From Candidatus Krumholzibacteriia bacterium (lineage in GTDB: Bacteria; Krumholzibacteriota; Krumholzibacteriia; LZORAL124-64-63), in contig JAWOID010000098.1 of the NCBI GenBank assembly GCA_046484865.1, forward strand, positions 1 to 59,638: 59,638 bases of DNA, written 5' to 3'. This document shows, piece by piece, positions 27,094-37,948 of this stretch. Numbering within the stretch: position 1 is the stretch's first letter; every line of letters starts with the position of its first letter. The position numbers were made by a program, and so were the translations under genes. Below the pieces are notes generated by a model. The model saw nothing but the letters and a program-made list of their open reading frames with translations. It did no database searches and was not told where the DNA came from.

Positions 27094-28914
27094 ATGGAAA
27101 TCCGGAACGTCGCCATCATCGCTCACGTGGACCACGGCAAGACGACGCTCGTGGACCAGATCCTCCGCCAGTCCCAGGTCTTCCGGCCCGGCCAGGAGGT
27201 GCGCGAGCGCTTCCTCGATTCCGGCGACCTCGAGCGGGAGCGCGGGATCACGATCACCGCCAAGAACTTCGCCATCCACTACCGCGGAGTGCGCATCAAT
27301 CTCATCGACACCCCCGGGCACTCCGATTTCGGCGGCGAGGTGGAGCGGGTGCTGAAGATGGCCGACGGCGTGCTGTTGCTGGTGGACGCCTTCGAGGGCC
27401 CCATGCCGCAGACCCGCTTCGTGCTGCAGAAGGCGCTGCAGCTGAATCTCAAGCCGGTGGTCGTCATCAACAAGGTGGACCGCAAGGACGCTCGCCCGCG
27501 CGAGGTGCTCGGCGAGGTGTTCGATCTGTTCGCCGAATTGAACGCCAGCGACGACCAGCTCGACTTCCGGGGCGTCTATGCCGCCGGCCGTGACGGCTGG
27601 GCGGTGGGAGAGCTGGAGGACGAGCGCAAGGATCTGTCGCCGCTGCTGGAGATGATCGTCAACCACATCCCCTCGCCGGTGATCCAGGAGGGGCCGCTGC
27701 AGATGCTGGTGGCCGCCATGGACCACAGCGACTACGTGGGGCGCATCGCCATCGGGCGCGTGGTGCGCGGCGAGCTGCAGGCGAAGATGAAGGTGGCCCT
27801 GATCAAGCGCGACGGCCGCCAGGTGACGGCCCAGGTCAAGAAGCTCTTCACCTTCGAGAACCTCGGCCGGCTCGAGGTGGATCGCGTGGCCTGCGGCGAC
27901 ATCGCCGCCGTGGTGGGGCTCGAGGACGTGGACATCGGCGACACCCTGTCCGATCCCGAGCAGCCGGAGCCGCTACCCATCATCGCCGTGGACGAGCCGA
28001 CCCTGGCCATGAGCTTCATGGTGAACGACAGCCCGTTCTTCGGGCAGGACGGCCAGTACGTCACCAGCCGCCAGATCCGGGAACGACTCGGGCGGGAAGC
28101 GGAGCGCGACGTGGCGCTGCGCGTGGAGGACACCGCCAGCGGCGACACCTTCCGCGTGAGCGGCCGCGGCATCCTGCACCTGGCCATCCTCATGGAGACC
28201 ATGCGGCGCCAGGGCTACGAGTTCATGGTGGGCCAGCCCCGGGTGATCTACAAGGAGATCGACGGCCGCAAGGCCGAACCGGTGGAGGTGCTCACGGTGG
28301 ACGTGGCCGAGGAGTACGCCGGGACGGTCATCGAGTACGCCGCCGGTCGGCGCGGCGAGCTGATCAAGATGGAGCCCTCGGGCGGCCGATCGCGTCTGGA
28401 GTTCCGCATCCCCAGCCGCGGGCTCATCGGTTTCCGCAGCAAGATGCTGCGCGCCTGCGGCGGCGAGATCGTCATGCACCACCGCTTCTACCAGTACGAG
28501 TACTTCAAGGGGAGCATCCCCCAGCGCCAGACCGGCAGCATCGTGAGCATGGGTCGCGGCGAGGCGGTGGCGTACGCCATCGACGCCCTGCAGGACCGCG
28601 GCCGCTTCTTCATCGATCCGGGCGAGATGCTCTACGGGGGACAGGTGATCGGCGAGGCGAACAAGGAGGGCGACATCCTGGTGAACGCCCAGCGCGCCAA
28701 GCAGCTGTCCAACATGCGCGCCTCGGGTTCCGACCGGAAGATGCGGATCGCTCCTGCGGTCAAGCTGAGCCTCGAAGAGGCCCTGGAGCACATCAACGGC
28801 GACGAGTACGTGGAAGTGACGCCCCATCACATCCGCCTGCGCAAGTCCCTCCTCGACGAGAACGCCCGCAAGCAGGCCGAGAAGCGGCGGCGGGAGGCGG
28901 AGGGAGAGGTGTAG
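27094..28914 (+). CDS. typA: Translational GTPase TypA/BipA
   Basis: [35 protein letters not shown] and EVTP-x-x-IRLRK. Confidence 0.97.
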   Translation: MEIRNVAIIAHVDHGKTTLVDQILRQSQVFRPGQEVRERFLDSGDLERERGITITAKNFAIHYRGVRINLIDTPGHSDFGGEVERVLKMADGVLLLVDAFEGPMPQTRFVLQKALQLNLKPVVVINKVDRKDARPREVLGEVFDLFAELNASDDQLDFRGVYAAGRDGWAVGELEDERKDLSPLLEMIVNHIPSPVIQEGPLQMLVAAMDHSDYVGRIAIGRVVRGELQAKMKVALIKRDGRQVTAQVKKLFTFENLGRLEVDRVACGDIAAVVGLEDVDIGDTLSDPEQPEPLPIIAVDEPTLAMSFMVNDSPFFGQDGQYVTSRQIRERLGREAERDVALRVEDTASGDTFRVSGRGILHLAILMETMRRQGYEFMVGQPRVIYKEIDGRKAEPVEVLTVDVAEEYAGTVIEYAAGRRGELIKMEPSGGRSRLEFRIPSRGLIGFRSKMLRACGGEIVMHHRFYQYEYFKGSIPQRQTGSIVSMGRGEAVAYAIDALQDRGRFFIDPGEMLYGGQVIGEANKEGDILVNAQRAKQLSNMRASGSDRKMRIAPAVKLSLEEALEHINGDEYVEVTPHHIRLRKSLLDENARKQAEKRRREAEGEV

Positions 28915-28963
28915 GGAAGCCGGCCGCCCCCGGCCTCCCCCGACGGCCCCTCGCACCCGGCGG

Positions 28964-31060
28964 CTACATGAGTCCCCGCTGCCGCAGCAGCGGCTCGATC
29001 CGCGGCTCGCGCCCGCGGAAATCGAGATACATCTGCATGAAGTCGGCCGTGCCGTTGCGCTCCAGAACCGCTTCGCGGAACCGCTGCGCGGTGGCCTGGT
29101 CGAAGAGGCTGGTCTCCTGGAACGCCTCGAAGGCGTCGTTGTCCAGCACTCCCGACCAGATGTAGCCGTAGTAGCCTGCCGCGTAGCCGCCGATGATGTG
29201 CCCGAAGTAGCTGGCACGGTACCGCGGTGCGATCTCGGGGATGAGGCCGATCTCGTCCAGGTAGCTCTTCTCGAGGGCCATGACGTCGAGGCCGTCGAGA
29301 TCGTCGGCCGCGGTGAGGGTGTGGAACTTCATGTCGAGCAGGCTGGCGGCCAGGTACTCCACCGTGGCGAAGCCCTGGTTGAAGTGCTTGCCGGCCTTGA
29401 TCTTGGCGACGAGCTGGTCGGGAATCACCTCGCCGGTCCGGTGATGCCGGGCGTACTGCGCGAGCACCGTGGGCTCGAGCGCCCAGTGCTCCATGATCTG
29501 GCTGGGCAGCTCCGAGAAATCGGCCGACCGGTACAGCGTGTTGAAGGTGACGTCGGAGAGCATGACGTCGAGGCCGTGGCCGAACTCGTGGAACAGGGTC
29601 TCCACCTCGTCGAGGCTCAGCAGCGCCGGCGTGTCGCCCGAGGGCCGGGTGAAGTTGCACACCAGGTTCACGATGGGATCGACCTCGTGGCCCCGCGCGC
29701 GATTCTGCTGGCGGTAGGCGCCGCACCAGGCGCCCTGCCGCTTGCTGGCGCGCGGGTGATAGTCGAGGTAGATGACGGCGCAGTGCGAGCCGTCGGCCTC
29801 CCTGACCTGGAACGCCTCGGCCTCGGGATGCGGCAGGGGCAGATCGTCGAGCGGCTGGAAGGTGAGACCGTAGAGCTGGTTCGCGACCCAGAACATCCCG
29901 TCCCGGACCTGTTCGAGTTGGAAGTAGGGGCGCAGCTCGTTGTCGTCGAGGTCGTACTTCTCCTTGCGCAGCTTCTCGGCGTAGTACCACCAGTCCCAGG
30001 CCGCCAGGCGGAAGTCGCCGCCCTCCCGGTCGATGATCTGCTGCATCTCGTCGACCTCGCGCCTGGCGACCGGCAGGGCCGCCTCCCAGAGGCGGTCGAG
30101 CAGCTCGTAGACCCGCTCCGGAGTGCCGGCCATGCGCGTCTCCAGGACGTAGTCGGCGTAGGTGTCGTAGCCCAGCAGCGCGGCGCGCTCGACCCGCAGC
30201 TTCAGGACCTCGGCCATGATGCCGGTGTTGTCGTGCTCGTTGGCGTTGTTGCCGCGCATGATGTAGGCGGTGAAGAGCTGCTGCCGCAGCTCGCGATCGT
30301 GAGCGTAGGTGAGGAAGGGCAGCATGCTGGGCTTGTGGGTCGTGAACACCCAGGCGCCGTCGTGACCGGCCTCGCGGGCCGCCCTGGCTGCCGCCGCCAC
30401 CACCGGCTCGGGCAGTCCGGCCAGGTCGTCCCGGTCCTCGATCACCAGCAGGAAGCCGTTGGTCTCGGCCAGGAGGTTGTCACCGAAGCGCACCCTGAGG
30501 GCGGACAGGGCCTGGTTGATCTCCTTGAGCCGCGCCTGTCGGGGAGGATCCAGCAGCGCGCCGTTGCGCACCCCGTCCCGGTACATCTTCTCCAGCAGGA
30601 AGCGCTGCTCGGCGTCGAGGTCCAGTTCCTCGCGCGCGTCGTGGAGCGTCGCGATGCGGGCGAAGACCCGCTCGTCCAGACGCATCTCGTCGCGGTGGGC
30701 CGCCAGCCGGGGCGACACGCGCTGGTTGACCTGCTGCAGTTCCTCGCCGGTGTTGGCGCCGGTCAGGCCGTAGAACACGCTCTGCACCGAGCGCAGCAGT
30801 TCGCCCGCGCGATCGAGGGCCGCGATCGTGTTCTCGAAGCTGGGCGGCTCCGGGTCGCCGGCGATGGCGGCCACCTCGGCGCGTTCCTGCTCCATGCCCG
30901 CCTCGAACGCCGGCTCGAAGTGCGCGGGCAGGATCCGGTCGAAGGGCGGCACGTCGAAGGCGGTGCCATAGGGGGCGAGGAGCGGATTCTCGGTGTCGGC
31001 CAGACTGCTGGAGCCGGCGAGCAGGAACACCGTGAGCGTCAGCAGGCATGTGCGGATCAA
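28964..31060 (-). CDS. Secreted M3-family metallopeptidase (peptidyl-dipeptidase Dcp-like)
   Basis: Signal peptide, NPLL, zinc motif HEFGH, ELPSQIME and GYAAGYYGY. Confidence 0.92.
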   Translation of the reverse strand: MIRTCLLTLTVFLLAGSSSLADTENPLLAPYGTAFDVPPFDRILPAHFEPAFEAGMEQERAEVAAIAGDPEPPSFENTIAALDRAGELLRSVQSVFYGLTGANTGEELQQVNQRVSPRLAAHRDEMRLDERVFARIATLHDAREELDLDAEQRFLLEKMYRDGVRNGALLDPPRQARLKEINQALSALRVRFGDNLLAETNGFLLVIEDRDDLAGLPEPVVAAAARAAREAGHDGAWVFTTHKPSMLPFLTYAHDRELRQQLFTAYIMRGNNANEHDNTGIMAEVLKLRVERAALLGYDTYADYVLETRMAGTPERVYELLDRLWEAALPVARREVDEMQQIIDREGGDFRLAAWDWWYYAEKLRKEKYDLDDNELRPYFQLEQVRDGMFWVANQLYGLTFQPLDDLPLPHPEAEAFQVREADGSHCAVIYLDYHPRASKRQGAWCGAYRQQNRARGHEVDPIVNLVCNFTRPSGDTPALLSLDEVETLFHEFGHGLDVMLSDVTFNTLYRSADFSELPSQIMEHWALEPTVLAQYARHHRTGEVIPDQLVAKIKAGKHFNQGFATVEYLAASLLDMKFHTLTAADDLDGLDVMALEKSYLDEIGLIPEIAPRYRASYFGHIIGGYAAGYYGYIWSGVLDNDAFEAFQETSLFDQATAQRFREAVLERNGTADFMQMYLDFRGREPRIEPLLRQRGLM

Positions 31061-31249
31061 GGCGCTGGTCCCTCCGTCTGGATGGGCGGGTGCGGGGCGG
31101 GGCGCTTCACGCGGTCGAAATTAACCGCTGGAAGGGGGCGGCACAAATCGTTGATCCCGGGGAGCCCGGCAATCTGCAGGATCCGGAGCGGGACGTCAGC
31201 CCGGATGATACATGACCAGCCGCAGCAGGCCGCTCATGAACAATCCGGG

Positions 31250-32311
31250 TCAGGCCTCGTCGGGCGTTCCCGACTCCATGGGCTCCACGTACAGCGTCTT
31301 CGCCATGACCACGGCCACCGCCAGCAGCGGCACGGCCAGAAGCAGGCCCAGGAACCCGAAGGTCACGGCCATGAGGGTCTGGAAAAGGACCGTCAGTGCG
31401 GGCGGCAGCCGCACCGCTCCCCTCATGATCACCGGCATGAGGACGTTGCCCTCGATCTGCTGGACCACGATGTAGAAGATGGTGACCCAGAGTGCGGTCA
31501 CCGGACTGACGGTCAGGGCCAGCGCGATGCCCGGGACGGACGCCAGGATGGGGCCGACGATGGGAATGAACTCCAGCAACCCCGCGATGACCCCCAGCGC
31601 GATGGGCGCCGGCACTCCGATCAGCATCAGACCCGTGCCGGTCATCACGCCGACCACGACCATGTTGATGAGCGTTCCGACCATCCAGCGCCGGAGCGAG
31701 TGGTTCGCGCGATCCAGCGCGAGGCCGGCTCGCTCCCGGTGGACCGGCGGCGTGAGCCGCTCGAGCCCCCGGCGGTAGAGACCGGGGTTGATGGCGGTGT
31801 ACACCCCCACGGCCAGCCCCACCAGTGCGCCGGTCAAGGCGCCGACCGCCGTGTTGATGATCGGGATCGCGCCGCTGATGATGGCACCGGGCCGTATGGG
31901 CAGGCTCGACTGGACCTCTTCCTCCAGGTCGGGGACCGGCTCGCCCGGCTCGATCACGGCGCCGTACTGCGCCTGGATCCACCGGACCACGTCCTCCACC
32001 GCCCGCGGGAGTTCGCGTCCCACGATGCCGAGCTGTTCGCGCACCGTGGGCCAGAGCAGGACGGCGAACGCCGTCAGCAACCCGAGGATCGCCAGCAGCA
32101 CGAGCAGGACGGCCGCCAGTCGCGGCACGCCCCATCCCGCCAGCCGGTCCGCGAAGACCGACAGGACGATGCCGACCAGGACCCCGAAGAAGAGGATGAA
32201 GAGCACGTCCCGGCCCGCCCAGAGCAGCAGCGTCAGGGACATCAGGACGATGGTGATCAGGACGACGCGAACCACCGATGCCGTTCCGATCACCTTCTCC
32301 GATCCAGCCAT
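31250..32311 (-). CDS. AI-2E family transporter
   Basis: Multiple TM helices, FIPIVG, QQIEGNVLMP and G-x-LGLLLAVPL. Confidence 0.88.
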   Translation of the reverse strand: MAGSEKVIGTASVVRVVLITIVLMSLTLLLWAGRDVLFILFFGVLVGIVLSVFADRLAGWGVPRLAAVLLVLLAILGLLTAFAVLLWPTVREQLGIVGRELPRAVEDVVRWIQAQYGAVIEPGEPVPDLEEEVQSSLPIRPGAIISGAIPIINTAVGALTGALVGLAVGVYTAINPGLYRRGLERLTPPVHRERAGLALDRANHSLRRWMVGTLINMVVVGVMTGTGLMLIGVPAPIALGVIAGLLEFIPIVGPILASVPGIALALTVSPVTALWVTIFYIVVQQIEGNVLMPVIMRGAVRLPPALTVLFQTLMAVTFGFLGLLLAVPLLAVAVVMAKTLYVEPMESGTPDEA

Positions 32312-32437
32312 CGCAGCCCCCGGAAACCCGTCAGCCCGGACACCGGCCGCAACCGGGCCGGGCGAACTCTCACTCGGGGCCAGCATAATCGAACCCGGCG
32401 GTCGCGGCACGAACGGTGGCGGACGCGGACTCTGCGC

Positions 32438-33148
32438 TCAGCCTGCGGCCGCCTGCAGTTCGAGTTGCCAGAAACCGTCGCGATCGACGCCGCCGGCCAC
32501 GCGGACGGGCAGCGGGCGCGACAGGAGCGGTCCATCGACCACCACGGTGTGGAACTCGCCGTTCTCCGCGCACGGGTCCACGTCCGCCGGTAGATCCGCC
32601 AGCAGGTCGTGATCGAACCACCGGCCCAGCAGCGTCCGGTCGAGGCGGACGGGATCCACGCAGGTGACCAGGGCTCGCCAGCCGGTGGCGACGATGGCGC
32701 TCGCCAGTTCGGCCGTATCGCGCCCCCACAGCGGGAACACGGGTTCGAGCCCGGTGCCCGCGAGTTGCCGTTCGCGATAGGCGCGGACGTCGGCCAAGAA
32801 GAGATCGCCGTACGCCACCGCGCCCACGCCCGTTGCTCGGGCTGCGACCCAGACCGGGGCCAGACGCCGCTCGTACTCGCGGTTCGGGCAGGGATGGGGG
32901 ATCTCCACCACCTGCAGGGGCAGGTCCAGCAGGCGCGCCTGCTCCTCCAGCAGCGGTCGCGGCAGACCGTGGAGGGGCACCCGCTTCGACGCCGCCGCCA
33001 CCGTGGTCACGAGCCCGACCGGTTCCCAGGCGGGATCGTCGCGCAGCGCCTGCAGCATAAACGCGCTGTCCTTGCCTGTGCTCCAGGAGACGAGCACGGG
33101 TCGCCCCGATCGGCAGTGGCGATCGCTCACGACGGTCCCCCTGATCAT
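32438..33148 (-). CDS. Diphthamide-synthase-like ATP pyrophosphatase (adenine nucleotide alpha hydrolase)
   Basis: PP-loop SWSTGKDS, GDLFL, FPLW and DPCAENGEFHT. Start uncertain. Confidence 0.85.
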   Translation of the reverse strand: MIRGTVVSDRHCRSGRPVLVSWSTGKDSAFMLQALRDDPAWEPVGLVTTVAAASKRVPLHGLPRPLLEEQARLLDLPLQVVEIPHPCPNREYERRLAPVWVAARATGVGAVAYGDLFLADVRAYRERQLAGTGLEPVFPLWGRDTAELASAIVATGWRALVTCVDPVRLDRTLLGRWFDHDLLADLPADVDPCAENGEFHTVVVDGPLLSRPLPVRVAGGVDRDGFWQLELQAAAG

Positions 33149-33156
33149 CCTCGCCG

Positions 33157-33258
33157 CCGACATCGTCTCGCTACCGACATCGTCTCGCTACCGACATCGT
33201 CTCGCTACCGACATCGTTTCGCTACCGACATCGTCTCGCCGCCGACAGCGTCTCGCCC
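33157..33258. repeat. Tandem repeat, six copies of a 17-bp unit (CCGACATCGTCTCGCTA)
   Basis: Three perfect and three variant head-to-tail copies with no spacers. Confidence 0.9.
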
Positions 33259-33267
33259 TCGACGGAC

Positions 33268-33299
33268 AGCGGCCCCGGGCGTCGTGCCCCGGGGCCGCT
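33268..33299. terminator. GC-rich hairpin downstream of the transketolase gene, possible terminator or stabiliser
   Basis: AGCGGCCCCGGG-8nt-CCCGGGGCCGCT forms a 12-bp stem. There is no clear U-tract on the minus strand. Confidence 0.4.
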
Positions 33300-33351
33300 T
33301 CCATCCGGTGCGCGGCGGCCGCGCGCCCAGGCCGCTCATGAACGATGCGGG

Positions 33352-35712
33352 CTAGCCCATGGCCTCGTCCACCATCGCCTTGAGCTTCGCCATGCGGGTC
33401 TGGAAATCCTGCGCGAAGCGGATCACGCCCTCGGCGATGCTGTCCGGGTCGATGCCGGCGCTGGCGCACACCTCGTCCACCGAGCCGCCCGGCCGCCAGC
33501 GATCGTCGCGGTCGCTGCTCAGGGCGTAGTCGTCGGCCAGGGCATTGAAGGCCCAGTCGCGCATGAGCCGCCGGGCCCGGTTGGTCACGTAGGTGGAGTT
33601 CATGCGGTCGCCGGGAGTGAGCACGCGATTGCGGTACTCGTCCGGCTGCCAGCGGAAGAGCTGAGGGCTGGGCACCGCCACCAGCTTCACGTTGACTCCC
33701 GCGTCGTCGATCCTCGGCAGCGCCTTCAGCAGGTTGTAGGTGGACATGGTGCCCTGCACGATGATCACGCCCTGCTTCGGTTCGCCGGGCAGGTAGTCGC
33801 GCAGGATGTAGGCGCCCCTGGCCGCCTCCAGGTGAGAGGCCAGCCCGAGCTTCCGGCGGTCGGGGATCTCGACTCCCGGGCGGGTGAGGTGCAGCGCCAC
33901 GATGGGCGCGTCCTGCTGCAGCGCGGCGGCCAGCAGCACCGGCACCTCGTTGTACTCCCAGGGGTGCAGGTCGATGACGTGCCCGTCGGGGAACAGCTGC
34001 GTCACGCCGGGGGAGAAGACTCCGAAGTGGGTGCGGCTGTCCTCGGCGGTCTCGGGGCCGCTGTGGCCGGCGACCCAGATCACCTTGCCGCACTTGAGCT
34101 GCGTGTCCTGCACGAGCTGGCTGTAAAGGCGCATGGCCCCGTACTTCAGGTAGCTGAACGACCCGTAGGTGGAGCAGGCGCTGTAGAAGCCGTTGTAGCG
34201 CTTCTCGGGCTCGCGGGACATGTTCACCGTGCCCATGCCCACGCAAAGACCCGCATTGGCGAACTCGGTGATCCCCTGCTTGAGCACCACGCCGTCGGGG
34301 TTCTCGCGCGGGTCGTACCAGCCGGTGTTCTTCCGGCCGTCGTACTCCTCGCCGAAGCCGATGATGTTGGTGGAGCCGGCGAGGTCGGCGGAGCAGACCA
34401 CGAACAGCGGCCGGCCGTACTTCTCGAGACAGTAGCTGTTGATCCAGCTGCCCCAGCGCGCCAGCGCCGCGCGGTTCGGCTGCTTGTCGCCGGGCTGGAC
34501 CCACATCGATTCCGGATAGTGCGCGACGTCGAAGAGCGCCGGGTCGTCCAGCGGGTTCTTCTCCTCGGGCAGGACGAAGGTCTTGATGCTGTCCGGCACC
34601 GAGTCGCCGATCTCCACCAGGCGGTCGGCCAGGTAGCTGATGGTGTCCTCGTGGTGGCGCAGCACCGACATGGCCGCGTCCAGGTTCTTCAGGCACTGCT
34701 CGGTGAGCGCCTGCTTGGTGCTCGGCACCGGCTCGTCCATGCCGGCGAAGGCCACGTCGTACTTCTCGGCGAACTCGCGGCGCAGCTGCCAGAACGGCTC
34801 GCTGTTCAGCTTGTGCGGCGACCCGTGGCTGGCCGCGTCGTACTTGCCGTAGCCGCGCCCCTTGCGGGTCGTGCCGAAGGTCATGCCCGGACGGTACTGC
34901 GGGTTGTCGCCGTGGGTCATCTCGAGCAGCGCGCGGGTCACGTCCCCCCAGGCGCTGCCGTCGGGCGCCTCGTGCACGTGCCAGCCGTAGGGTTCGAACC
35001 AGCTGCGCGGCGTCCCGTGGACGATCGAGGACACGGGGTGCGGATCGATCCCGAAGTCGTTCCAGTCGAGGATCACGTTGAGATTGTCCAGCCCCAGACC
35101 GTAGGCCGAGTTCTTGGTCTCGTGCCAGACCCCGGCGGTGTGGCCGCCCTCGCCCTCGATGCCGAACACCTTCACCTCGCCCGCGCCGGCGCGCTTCAGG
35201 GCCAGCGCCTCGCCCACCAGCGTGGGCGCGCCGTGGCCGCTGGGTCCGGTGTTGAACTTCACGAAGAGGTTCTTGCCCTCCATCTCCACGTGGCCGGGCA
35301 GGCCGCTGCGGTTGCGCAGGGTGGCGAGGTCCTCCCAGGTCATCATGCGCGCCGAGCCGCCCGGCACGCGGTACCGCTCGTCGCCCGTCCGGTCCAGCAT
35401 GAAGCGCAGCGACTCGTTGAACACCGCCAGCATGGCATAGACCAGGGGCGCCGTGTGGCCGGCCACCAGGATGAACCGGTCGCCGAAGCGCTTCTCGGGC
35501 CGCCGCAGGTCCCACCGCATGGCGCCGCTCAGGAGCAGGCTGGTCAGGAAGTGCACCTTGGACCGGCTGCCGCCCGGATGGCCGCTCTGCCGGTAGTTCA
35601 GCATGATGTCGATCTGCTGATCGATGACGTCCTTGATCAACTCCCAGTGGTGGAAGTTCGGCTCCTGCTCCTCGACGAGGCTGACGATTTCGGCCCTGCT
35701 GGTGTCGGACAC
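33352..35712 (-). CDS. tkt: Long divergent transketolase-family ThDP enzyme
   Basis: SGHPGG, AGH, GHVE, TGPSGHG, ThDP motif variant GEG...DWND, SADLAGS, GITE and EDSRTHF. GTG start follows a GAGGAG SD. Confidence 0.8.
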   Translation of the reverse strand: MSDTSRAEIVSLVEEQEPNFHHWELIKDVIDQQIDIMLNYRQSGHPGGSRSKVHFLTSLLLSGAMRWDLRRPEKRFGDRFILVAGHTAPLVYAMLAVFNESLRFMLDRTGDERYRVPGGSARMMTWEDLATLRNRSGLPGHVEMEGKNLFVKFNTGPSGHGAPTLVGEALALKRAGAGEVKVFGIEGEGGHTAGVWHETKNSAYGLGLDNLNVILDWNDFGIDPHPVSSIVHGTPRSWFEPYGWHVHEAPDGSAWGDVTRALLEMTHGDNPQYRPGMTFGTTRKGRGYGKYDAASHGSPHKLNSEPFWQLRREFAEKYDVAFAGMDEPVPSTKQALTEQCLKNLDAAMSVLRHHEDTISYLADRLVEIGDSVPDSIKTFVLPEEKNPLDDPALFDVAHYPESMWVQPGDKQPNRAALARWGSWINSYCLEKYGRPLFVVCSADLAGSTNIIGFGEEYDGRKNTGWYDPRENPDGVVLKQGITEFANAGLCVGMGTVNMSREPEKRYNGFYSACSTYGSFSYLKYGAMRLYSQLVQDTQLKCGKVIWVAGHSGPETAEDSRTHFGVFSPGVTQLFPDGHVIDLHPWEYNEVPVLLAAALQQDAPIVALHLTRPGVEIPDRRKLGLASHLEAARGAYILRDYLPGEPKQGVIIVQGTMSTYNLLKALPRIDDAGVNVKLVAVPSPQLFRWQPDEYRNRVLTPGDRMNSTYVTNRARRLMRDWAFNALADDYALSSDRDDRWRPGGSVDEVCASAGIDPDSIAEGVIRFAQDFQTRMAKLKAMVDEAMG

Positions 35713-35861
35713 GGCTACTCCTCTCACGCGGTCGGAACTCTCTGCCCGGGGTAGGACCCGGGAAACATGCTAGGCGGCCCGGCCGGTTTCAAGTCCTGTG
35801 CCGCCCGGTCCCGCGGGGGGCGCCGGCTGTGCGGTCGCCGCCGCTCCCGGGCGGCCGCGGC

Positions 35862-36446
35862 TCAGGTCAGGGCGCGTCCCAGGTGGAACATCTGCAGGAT
35901 GGCCGCCGCGGCCCGGGCGTCCTCCACGGCACGGTGCGCGGTGAACCGGTCGGCCAGCCCCATCTTCTCCAGGATGCCGGGCAGCGTGATGCCGCTGGTG
36001 CGATGCTCGTGCTCCGCCAGCCACGCGAGGCCCAGCGCACGGATGTCGTAGGCGCCCCCCACCACGTGGGAGCGGAAGTCGATACCGAACCGGTCGCACT
36101 CCTTGCGCAGCATGGGCACGTCGTAGTATGCGCCGAAGGCCGCCAGGATGGCCCGGTTGCGGGGGCCGTACCATTCCAGGAACCGGGGTCCGACCGCGGC
36201 GAAGGTGTCGCTTTCGGCCACCATCTCGGCGGTGATGCCGGTGATCTCGGTGATGAACGGCACGATCGGGTAATCCACCGGCCGCACCAGCTCGCTGAAG
36301 GTCTCCACGATCTCCAGGCTGCGCCGGTGCACGCGCACCGCGCCGATCTCGATGATGCTGCTGCGCTCGACCGTGTTGTTGCCGCGGTCCTCGGGCGGGC
36401 AGGTGGCCTCGAGATCGATGACGACGATGTCGGTGGCGTAGCGCAT
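35862..36446 (-). CDS. DEDDh 3'-5' exonuclease (ERI-1/KapD-like)
   Basis: VIDLEATC, IIEIGAV, ITGIT, YD and HRAVEDA. Confidence 0.88.
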   Translation of the reverse strand: MRYATDIVVIDLEATCPPEDRGNNTVERSSIIEIGAVRVHRRSLEIVETFSELVRPVDYPIVPFITEITGITAEMVAESDTFAAVGPRFLEWYGPRNRAILAAFGAYYDVPMLRKECDRFGIDFRSHVVGGAYDIRALGLAWLAEHEHRTSGITLPGILEKMGLADRFTAHRAVEDARAAAAILQMFHLGRALT

Positions 36447-36550
36447 GGAAGGTCGACGTCCTCTCGGGCGCACCCGCGGCGGTCCGGCCCCGCAACACTA
36501 CCACCCCGGTGGAACGGTGGCAACGGCGGGCCGGTCACACGGCGGGCCGG

Positions 36551-37948
36551 TCACACGAGCCACGCGGACGCCAATCCGAGAAGCAGGAAGAACCCCGCCA
36601 GGTCGGTGAAGGTGGTGACGAATACCGCCGAGGCGACCGCGGGATCCACGCCGATCCCGTCGAGCACGACCGGCACGAGCGCACCGGCGAACGAGGCCAC
36701 CACGAGGTTGCCCCACATGGCCAGCAGCACCACCAGGCCGAAGACGGCGCTGCCCTGCCACACCAGCCCCACTGCCCCGACCACCAGGCCCAGCACGGCG
36801 CCGTTCGTGAAGCCGACCAGTAACTCCTTGCCGGCCACGCGCCAGCGTTCGGGACCGACGTCCCGGTCGAGGGTGAGGCGGCGCACGGTGACGGCCAGCG
36901 CCTGCGTGCCGGCGTTGCCGCCGAGGCCGGCGATCAGCGGCATGATGGCGGCCAGGATCACGAGCTGGTCGATCGTGTCCTGGTAGAGGTAGACCACCAG
37001 CGCCGCCAGCGCGCCGGTGCCCAGGTTGACGAACAGCCACGGCAGCCGGCCCCGCACGGCTCCGGCCCAGTCGCCGCGCACGGACTCCGCGGGATCTGTG
37101 CCGGCCAGGCGCAGGATGTCCTCGGTCTGCTCCTCCTCGAGCACGTCCATCACGTCGTCCCAGGTCACGTGACCCAGCAGGCGGCCGTCCTGCACGACCG
37201 GCAATGACGGCAGGTCGTAGTGGTGCAGCCGACGCGCCGCCTCCTCCTGGTCGGCGTCGGGCCCGACCATGGCCGCCGGTGAGGCTGCCAGTTCTCGCAG
37301 GGGGGTGGCGGGATCGGCCAGCACCAGTTCGTGCAGCCCGAGGACACCCTGCAGAAGTCCGCCCTCGTCCGTGACGAACACCTGATAGAGTACCTCGCCG
37401 ATGCGGCGCGCCTGGCGGCGGACCTCGGCCGCGGCCTCGCCCGCCGAGAGTGAGGCCGGCACCGCCAGCAATTCGGTGCTCATGATGCCGCCCGCGCTGT
37501 CCTCGGGGTAGCGCAGCAGGTCCCGCAGACCCCGGGCCAGTTCGCCGGGCACGGCAGCCAGGACCGCGCGGCGCCTCGCGGAGCGGAGCTGTCCGAGCAG
37601 GTCGGCGGCATCATCGCTGGCCAGCCGCGCCACCACGCGTCCGGCGAACGCGGGGTCGAGCCCGCCCAGGATGCGCTCGGGTTCGGCTTCCGGGTCGATC
37701 TCCGCGAGGGCGGCTGCCGCCGCTGCCGGGGGCAACTCCTCCACCAGACTCACGCGTTCGTCGGTGCCGGGGAGATCCTCCAGGAGATCGGCCGCGTCGC
37801 TGGGGTGGAGGTCCGCCAGACGCGCTGCGGCCTCGACCACCCGGCCGTCGTCCAGGAGATGGCGGATCGCCGCCTTGGCGGCAGCAAGGTCCACCTGCCG
37901 GCGGGCGGGGTCAGTGGTCTCCGGCGGCGGAGTGAGATCGGGTGGCAT
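36551..37948 (-). CDS. mgtE: Magnesium transporter MgtE
   Basis: YPEDSAGGIM, a CBS pair, RLPWL, GGNAGTQ and DPAVAS...TT-x-TD. Confidence 0.95.
   Translation of the reverse strand: MPPDLTPPPETTDPARRQVDLAAAKAAIRHLLDDGRVVEAAARLADLHPSDAADLLEDLPGTDERVSLVEELPPAAAAAALAEIDPEAEPERILGGLDPAFAGRVVARLASDDAADLLGQLRSARRRAVLAAVPGELARGLRDLLRYPEDSAGGIMSTELLAVPASLSAGEAAAEVRRQARRIGEVLYQVFVTDEGGLLQGVLGLHELVLADPATPLRELAASPAAMVGPDADQEEAARRLHHYDLPSLPVVQDGRLLGHVTWDDVMDVLEEEQTEDILRLAGTDPAESVRGDWAGAVRGRLPWLFVNLGTGALAALVVYLYQDTIDQLVILAAIMPLIAGLGGNAGTQALAVTVRRLTLDRDVGPERWRVAGKELLVGFTNGAVLGLVVGAVGLVWQGSAVFGLVVLLAMWGNLVVASFAGALVPVVLDGIGVDPAVASAVFVTTFTDLAGFFLLLGLASAWLV

Noticed and set aside
33157..33258. Possible CRISPR array
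   Set aside because: The units are head-to-tail, only 17 bp long, have no unique spacers, and no cas genes are in the window.
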